Under the pieces are notes generated by a model. It was not told where the DNA came from, did no database searches, and was given only the letters and a program-made list of their open reading frames with translations. Source: Lachnospiraceae bacterium (GTDB lineage Bacteria > Bacillota > Clostridia > Lachnospirales > Lachnospiraceae). From it: DNA of 28,556 nucleotides. Within the stretch, counting starts at the first letter, position 1, and every line of letters begins with the position of its first letter. Where the stretch lies: the NCBI GenBank assembly GCA_016293925.1, contig JAEDCX010000025.1, forward strand, positions 1 to 28,556. The letters are read 5' to 3'. Shown here piece by piece: positions 23,224 through 28,556 of this stretch. A program made the translations under genes and the position numbers.

Positions 23224-23811
23224 TTACCTCGTATTCTGAATAATGTATGTTGTAATTTCTTCCAGACATTGATCCAGATCATTATTTTGGAATCGTCTTC
23301 CGATTCCCGCTTCCGCTATCTTCTCTTCCGAGAAATCCGCACTATCAGCCAGGAATCGCCTGCACATCTCCTCATATTTCGGATGATCCTGCTGCCGCTC
23401 CCGGTCCAGCGCACGCTGCAGCCGTACACCGTCGTCCAGTTCGATCAGTACAGGAAGAAGAGCTTCCTGCCCGAAATATTCCGTCATCCGGCGGTATGCT
23501 TCAATCGTGCCGATCAGAATATAGTTATGCTCCGCCAGATTCATACTGTCATCAACGGCTGTAAAATAGCGCCAGATTCCGTGACAGGTATGATATTCCC
23601 TGAGTTCCACCAGTTTCCCTGCGCTGCGGATGGCAGCAAGTCCCGCATCATCTGTAAAATGATACTCCACGCCCTCCGTTTCTCCCGCACGGATCGGTCT
23701 CGTTGTGTAAGGCACCAGACGTTCCAGCTTCAGACCGGACGCCAGCAGACGCTGGTATATCGTATCTTTTCCGCTGGAGCTCTTGCCCATCAGATAGATT
23801 ATCTTCCCCAT
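23224..23811 (-). CDS. guanylate kinase-fold P-loop kinase (divergent Gmk-like)
   Basis: The P-loop is GKSSSGKDT. The Gmk nucleotide-monophosphate-binding block YTTRPIRAGETEGVEYHF is present. The usual E..NxYGT guanine-recognition block is divergent (ELREYHTCHGIWRYFT). Confidence 0.78.
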   Translation of the reverse strand: MGKIIYLMGKSSSGKDTIYQRLLASGLKLERLVPYTTRPIRAGETEGVEYHFTDDAGLAAIRSAGKLVELREYHTCHGIWRYFTAVDDSMNLAEHNYILIGTIEAYRRMTEYFGQEALLPVLIELDDGVRLQRALDRERQQDHPKYEEMCRRFLADSADFSEEKIAEAGIGRRFQNNDLDQCLEEITTYIIQNTR

Positions 23812-23817
23812 ATCAAA

Positions 23818-25323
23818 CTATTCCTCTGTTTCTTCCCCGGTATACGCCAGCGTACACCTTATGGCACGCTTCCATCCCCGGGTAAGTTTCCTGCGATATT
23901 CCTCTTCGATGGCAGGTGAGAATGTCTTCGACAATTCCCAGTTCCGGATGATTTCCTCCCGATCCGACCAGAACCCCACTGCAAGCCCGGCCAGATATGC
24001 CGCGCCGAGAGCGGTTGTCTCAATACATTTCGGACGAAGTACCTGAATTCCTAACAGATCAGACTGGAACTGCATCAGAAAATCATTGGCACTGGCACCA
24101 CCGTCCACCCGAAGACTCCCCATCTCTACATTAGCATCCTTCTCCATGGCGCGCAAGACATCCATGGTCTGATACGCCAGAGATTCCAGTGTTGCCCGGA
24201 TGAAATGCTCCTTGGTTGCCCCACGGGTCAGACCAACCACCATTCCCCTGGCACCCGGATTCCAGTACGGTGCTCCGAGACCGGTAAAAGCCGGAACCAC
24301 ATAAACACCGTTGGTATCTGCCACCGCAGCTGCATATTCCTCGGACGCGGAGGCACTCTTGATCATGCGAAGCTCATCCCGAAGCCACTGGATTGAAGCA
24401 CCCGCTACGAACACACTGCCCTCCAACGCATACTGAACTTCTCCGGGCAGGCTTGCCGCAATCGTGGTCAGCAGTCCGTTATGACTGTGATATGCCTGTT
24501 CACCCGTATTCATCAGCAGGAAACAGCCTGTTCCATATGTATTTTTCACTTCCCCCGCCCGGAAGCAGCATTGTCCGAAAAGAGCAGCCTGCTGATCCCC
24601 CGCAGCACCGGCAATCGGAATCTCTCCGCCGATCACCGATTCCTCCGTATATCCGTATATGCAGCTGGAGGGTTTTACCTGGGGCAGCATGGATCCGGGA
24701 ATATGTAAAAGTTTCAGGATCTCCTCATCCCAGCACAGCCTGTGAATATCAAACAGCATGGTTCTGGAAGCGTTGGTATAGTCCGTTACGAAGCATTTTC
24801 CCTTCGTCAGGTTCCAGATCAGCCAGGTATCCACCGTTCCGAAGAGCAGATCTCCCCTTTCGGCCGCTTCCCTGGCCCCCTCTGTATGATCCAGAATCCA
24901 GGCAATCTTGGTTCCGCTGAAATACGGATCCGGAATCAGCCCCGTTTTCTCCCGAATCCTATCTGCATGACCATCTGCCACCAGTTTCTCAATATAATCC
25001 ACGGTTCTGCGGCACTGCCACACAATGGCGTTGTATACCGGTCTGCCGGTATGGCGGTTCCATACGATCGTGGTCTCTCTCTGATTGGTGATTCCAATGG
25101 ATGCAATATCCTCCACGGTGGCACCAATCTTCCCCATGGCCTCTACCGCTACCGATAATTGGGAAGACCAGATTTCCAGCGGATCATGCTCCACCCAGCC
25201 GGCTTCGGGATAGATCTGTGTGAATTCCTTCTGGGCCTGGGAACAGATATTTCCCTGTTTGTCAAAAAGGATACAGCGGGAGCTTGTGGTCCCCTGATCC
25301 AGAGCCATTACGTATTTTTTCAT
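23818..25323 (-). CDS. glpK: glycerol kinase
   Basis: [33 protein letters not shown] and [10 protein letters not shown] are present. Full-length FGGY kinase similarity covers 501 aa. Confidence 0.97.
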   Translation of the reverse strand: MKKYVMALDQGTTSSRCILFDKQGNICSQAQKEFTQIYPEAGWVEHDPLEIWSSQLSVAVEAMGKIGATVEDIASIGITNQRETTIVWNRHTGRPVYNAIVWQCRRTVDYIEKLVADGHADRIREKTGLIPDPYFSGTKIAWILDHTEGAREAAERGDLLFGTVDTWLIWNLTKGKCFVTDYTNASRTMLFDIHRLCWDEEILKLLHIPGSMLPQVKPSSCIYGYTEESVIGGEIPIAGAAGDQQAALFGQCCFRAGEVKNTYGTGCFLLMNTGEQAYHSHNGLLTTIAASLPGEVQYALEGSVFVAGASIQWLRDELRMIKSASASEEYAAAVADTNGVYVVPAFTGLGAPYWNPGARGMVVGLTRGATKEHFIRATLESLAYQTMDVLRAMEKDANVEMGSLRVDGGASANDFLMQFQSDLLGIQVLRPKCIETTALGAAYLAGLAVGFWSDREEIIRNWELSKTFSPAIEEEYRRKLTRGWKRAIRCTLAYTGEETEE

Positions 25324-25330
25324 TGGTCAC

Positions 25331-25738
25331 CTACTCTTTTCCGGTCTCTTCGCAGGTACAGACGATATCCACCCCTGTACCGCAGATATCTGCCACCACT
25401 ACATCCCCGATATGGATCGGCGCGCTTACCTGTGTCTGCTTCAGAACCTTCATAATATCCAAAATCTTCTCCTTGGGGATACCGGATGCCGTTTTCACCG
25501 ATACCACCGGATATCTGCCCCCCTTCACCCGAACGGTTCCGGTTACAATCCGGCGTGGTTCGGTCACCTCTGCTCTGGCGTACCGGTCTCCCACCGGGCA
25601 GGTATTGCCCGTAACGGATAACATTCCGCCTTCCTCTATGGTCACAGTGATCGGACAGCCCATGGGGCAACCGATACAGGTCAGTTCACGAATATTTCCC
25701 CGGGACGTTCCGGTGGTGCGTTCTTGTTGCTCTGCCAT
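25331..25738 (-). CDS. DUF1667 domain protein (third subunit of the clostridial-type glycerol-3-phosphate oxidoreductase cluster)
   Basis: LTCIGCPMGCPITV...GNTCPVGDRY...RIVTGTVRV matches the DUF1667 Cys pattern. Its ATG overlaps the upstream stop by 1 nt (TAATG). Confidence 0.85.
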   Translation of the reverse strand: MAEQQERTTGTSRGNIRELTCIGCPMGCPITVTIEEGGMLSVTGNTCPVGDRYARAEVTEPRRIVTGTVRVKGGRYPVVSVKTASGIPKEKILDIMKVLKQTQVSAPIHIGDVVVADICGTGVDIVCTCEETGKE

Positions 25739-27075
25739 TATTCTTCCTCCAGTCTGACCGTCACGGAAACAATATCGGCTCCGCCGAACGATTGCCCGAT
25801 CTGTTTTTGCAGCAGTTTCACCGTCTCCATCTCTCCCGGAGACAGGATTCTTTTCTTGATATGCTGGATTCTCTCCCCGTTCACATATACGGAAACATAG
25901 TGATCCCGGTATATATTGTCTACCCGGAATTTCACATCCACCACGTCTTCCTGCATAGGGAAATGAAGCTTCTCCGGAACCGTATAGCGGACACCGTGCT
26001 CGGCGGTACAGATCACTGTGGAGGAATGCACCGGTGTATCCTTACTCTCTGCGGAGGAATGCACCTGCGTATCCTGCCCGGCATCGGATGTATGCATACG
26101 GGATGCCACATACTCTGCAGCATATCTTCCTGCCAGTCCCGCTTCCCGGGAAACATAATCCACCAGGTCATGTACATGCAGCACATTCCCACAGGCAAAA
26201 ACACCCGGCACACTGGTGGCATAATGATCATCCACCACCGGCCCCCTTGTCACACTGCTCATCTCCACCGGAAGCCCTTTTGTCAACTCATTCTCCGGAA
26301 GCAATCCGCAGGATAACAGAAGCGTATCGCAGGGAACTGTCTCTTCCGTACCCGGAATCGGTTTGTTGTTCTCATCAACCCTGGCAAGCACCACGGCTTC
26401 TACTCTTTTGCGACCGATGATATCGATTACGGTCGTGCGGAGCCGCAACGGGATGTTATAATCATCCAGACACTGCACAATATTACGCTTCAGTCCGCCG
26501 GAATACGGCTGGATCTCCGCAACACACCGTACAGTGGCCCCTTCCAGAGTCATCCGGCGCGCCATGATCAATCCGATGTCGCCGGATCCCAGAATCACAA
26601 CCTCACGCCCCGGCAGATACCCTTCCCTGTTCACATAGTATTGTGCGGTTCCGGCAGAATAGATCCCTGCCGGTCTGTAGCCTGGAATGTTCAGCGCACC
26701 CCTCGCCCGCTCTCTGCAGCCCATCGCAAGCACGATGGCCCCCGCTTCTATCTCGAATACACCCTGCTCGCGGTTCATGGCGCAGACAATATTGCCTTCC
26801 TTCAGGTCCAGAACCATGGTTCCCAGCGCATACGCGATCTTCCTCTCCTTCACACGCTCAATAAATCTGCCCGCATATTCCGGCCCCGTCAATTCCTCTC
26901 CGAATGTATGCAGTCCGAACCCGTTATGAATACATTGATTCAGGATTCCTCCCAGCTCCCGGTCTCTCTCCAATATCAGAATATTCCGGCACCCCGCATC
27001 ATATGCAGATACTGCTGCAGCAAGTCCCGCAGGACCGCCTCCGATGATCACAATGTCTTTCTGAAGTCGGTTCAT
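25738..27075 (-). CDS. NAD(P)/FAD-dependent (pyridine nucleotide-disulfide type) oxidoreductase
   Basis: There are two Rossmann motifs: IVIIGGGPAGLAAAVSA and VVILGSGDIGLIMARRM. ACGNVLHVHDLVD is also present. The gene overlaps the upstream gene by 4 nt (ATGA). Confidence 0.9.
   Translation of the reverse strand: MNRLQKDIVIIGGGPAGLAAAVSAYDAGCRNILILERDRELGGILNQCIHNGFGLHTFGEELTGPEYAGRFIERVKERKIAYALGTMVLDLKEGNIVCAMNREQGVFEIEAGAIVLAMGCRERARGALNIPGYRPAGIYSAGTAQYYVNREGYLPGREVVILGSGDIGLIMARRMTLEGATVRCVAEIQPYSGGLKRNIVQCLDDYNIPLRLRTTVIDIIGRKRVEAVVLARVDENNKPIPGTEETVPCDTLLLSCGLLPENELTKGLPVEMSSVTRGPVVDDHYATSVPGVFACGNVLHVHDLVDYVSREAGLAGRYAAEYVASRMHTSDAGQDTQVHSSAESKDTPVHSSTVICTAEHGVRYTVPEKLHFPMQEDVVDVKFRVDNIYRDHYVSVYVNGERIQHIKKRILSPGEMETVKLLQKQIGQSFGGADIVSVTVRLEEE
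26011..26076. repeat. in-frame 33-bp tandem duplication inside the oxidoreductase gene (26/33 identical)
   Basis: Nt 26011-26043 and 26044-26076 match at 26 of 33 positions when aligned by eye. They encode QDTQVHSSAES / KDTPVHSSTVI in the linker before the C-terminal domain. Confidence 0.85.
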
Positions 27076-28535
27076 GATTGCCCTCCTCTCAGAATCTCCG
27101 TTCCCGGACCTGCTTTCGTGACGCTCTCCCGGGGTACCTGCAGACTGTCAGCCAGAATCTTCGATACCTTCGGAGAACAGAAGCCGGACTGACAACGTCC
27201 CATGCCGGCTCTGGTTCTTCTCTTGATTCCGTCCAGACTCTTCGCGCCCAGCGGTCTGTAGATTGCATCCAGAATCTCTCCCTCGGTTACGGATTCACAC
27301 CGGCATACGATAGTTCCGTATTCCGGACGAACCTTCAGCAATTTGCGCTGCTCTTTTTCCGGAAGATCCAGAAAATGAACAATGCCGCGACGATAGGGAG
27401 TATAATTCCCATTCTTCTCCGGCTTCAGAATGCCTGCGACGATATCTGCCAGACGTTTTCCGATGGCGGGTGCACCGGACAATCCCGGGGATTCAATCCC
27501 CACCGCATCCACAAGACCCGGACAATCCTCCGCCTCCTGCAGGATGAAATCTCCACCATCCTCATGGGCACGCAGTCCCGCATAGGAGGTAATCGTCTCC
27601 CTCGTCGGAATGTTCATAACCGTCTGTCCCACGCTTCCCAGAATCTTCGCAAGTCCTTCGGAGGTAGTATTCACACCTTCCCGGTTCTCAATATCCTCCG
27701 CGGTGGGACCCAGCAGAAGATTCCCATGTACCGTAGGTGTTACCAGAATGCCTTTGCCCAATGGCCCCGGCACGCGGAAAATCGTTCTTCCCACATGCGT
27801 ACCGGCTGTTCTGTCCAACAGACAGTATTCTCCCCGCCTGGGCGTAATATGATATTTCCGGGCGCACAGCATATTGTGAATCCGGTCACTGTATACGCCT
27901 GCGCAGTTCACGATGCATCTGCTCTCGTATTGTATTTCTTCGCCGTCTGCTGTGACGGTCGAAATGACAAAACAGTCCTTTTCCATGTCTTTCCGCACGT
28001 CCCTGACTTCGGTTTCAAAGAAGAACTCGGCTCCGTTCACGTTGGCATTCTCCGCCATGGCAATCGTCAGCGCAAAGGGACAAATAATCCCCGCAGTGGG
28101 CGCATACAGGGCATTGGTCACCTCCGGCGGAAGGTTCGGCTCCATTCTGTGACATTCCACTGCATCCAGAATGCGCAGTTCCTCCACACCGTTCTCCACC
28201 CCCTGCCGTAACAGACGATCCAGAACTTCCTTTTCTTCCTCACAGGTAGCTACCACCAGAGCACCGGTACGCCGGTAGGGAACATCCAGTTCCTGACATA
28301 CCCGTGGCATCATGGCCGTTCCCTGCACATTCATGGCAGCTTTCAGGCTACCCGGTTTCGCATCAAACCCGGCATGCACCAGTCCGCTGTTTGCCTTGGA
28401 GGTTCCGCAGCACACATCTTCCTCCCGCTCCAGCACGGCAATATGAAGTTGATATCCGGTCAGTTCCCGGGCAACGGCACATCCAATCACTCCGGCACCG
28501 ATAATAATGACATCGTACATGGGCAGCATACGCAT
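27072..28535 (-). CDS. FAD-dependent oxidoreductase, GlpA-like glycerol-3-phosphate dehydrogenase with a BFD-like [2Fe-2S] domain
   Basis: The FAD motif is YDVIIIGAGVIGCAVAREL. The C-terminal BFD-like motif is CRCESVTEGEILDAI...GMGRCQSGFC. The start is uncertain: ATG 28535, ATG 28529 or ATG 28520 (MYDVIIIG). The frame stays open to the window edge. Confidence 0.9.
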   Translation of the reverse strand: MRMLPMYDVIIIGAGVIGCAVARELTGYQLHIAVLEREEDVCCGTSKANSGLVHAGFDAKPGSLKAAMNVQGTAMMPRVCQELDVPYRRTGALVVATCEEEKEVLDRLLRQGVENGVEELRILDAVECHRMEPNLPPEVTNALYAPTAGIICPFALTIAMAENANVNGAEFFFETEVRDVRKDMEKDCFVISTVTADGEEIQYESRCIVNCAGVYSDRIHNMLCARKYHITPRRGEYCLLDRTAGTHVGRTIFRVPGPLGKGILVTPTVHGNLLLGPTAEDIENREGVNTTSEGLAKILGSVGQTVMNIPTRETITSYAGLRAHEDGGDFILQEAEDCPGLVDAVGIESPGLSGAPAIGKRLADIVAGILKPEKNGNYTPYRRGIVHFLDLPEKEQRKLLKVRPEYGTIVCRCESVTEGEILDAIYRPLGAKSLDGIKRRTRAGMGRCQSGFCSPKVSKILADSLQVPRESVTKAGPGTEILRGGQS

Positions 28536-28556
28536 GTTGGCACCATACTTGATGTC

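Noticed and set aside
27078-28211. 377-aa ORF antisense to the GlpA-like gene. Similar cases are 19176-19799, 19960-20697 and 23269-23919, antisense to rsmI, the yabB-like gene and the kinase-like/glpK junction
   Set aside because: These are shadow ORFs opposite strongly supported genes. None has a recognisable domain or a ribosome-binding site.

Overview
This 28.6-kb window looks like chromosomal DNA from a spore-forming Clostridia-class Firmicute, at roughly 50% GC by eye. The lineage call rests on gene content: spmA/spmB, ricT/yaaT, a T-box leader, and the yaaR-holB-ricT-yabB-rsmI-...-metG neighbourhood known from Bacillus. I support 28 protein-coding genes. I see no rRNA, tRNA, CRISPR array, transposase, integrase or phage gene.

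Gene content from left to right:
- An acidic hypothetical protein truncated at its 5' end, an MscS-family channel, and a membrane-anchored hypothetical protein (+ strand).
- metG with a Met-specific T-box leader, then a MATE efflux gene (- strand).
- An operon encoding a membrane-tethered Mrr-type nuclease, a MacB/LolD-type ABC ATPase and a double-FtsX permease (- strand).
- Divergently from that operon, two paralogous small membrane proteins (one with a zinc ribbon), then lgt, a GH1 beta-glucosidase and an Rrf2 regulator (+ strand).
- A long minus-strand array: FAD oxidoreductase (GlpA-like), NAD(P)/FAD oxidoreductase, DUF1667, glpK, a guanylate-kinase-like gene, yaaR, holB, ricT, a yabB-type methyltransferase, rsmI, acpP, spmA, [DUF421 on the opposite strand], spmB, and an RsmH-family methyltransferase.

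I cannot point to a clear-cut, previously undescribed system. The best candidates for follow-up are:
1. The translationally coupled TM-Mrr nuclease / ABC exporter operon and its divergent membrane-protein neighbours.
2. The DUF421 (YetF-family) gene wedged antisense between spmA and spmB with almost no intergenic space.
3. An atypical RsmH-family gene preceded by a perfect-length 25-bp tandem repeat.
4. A guanylate-kinase-fold gene in the position normally held by tmk, upstream of holB.

All functional calls come from motif and sequence recognition by eye. No database search was run.
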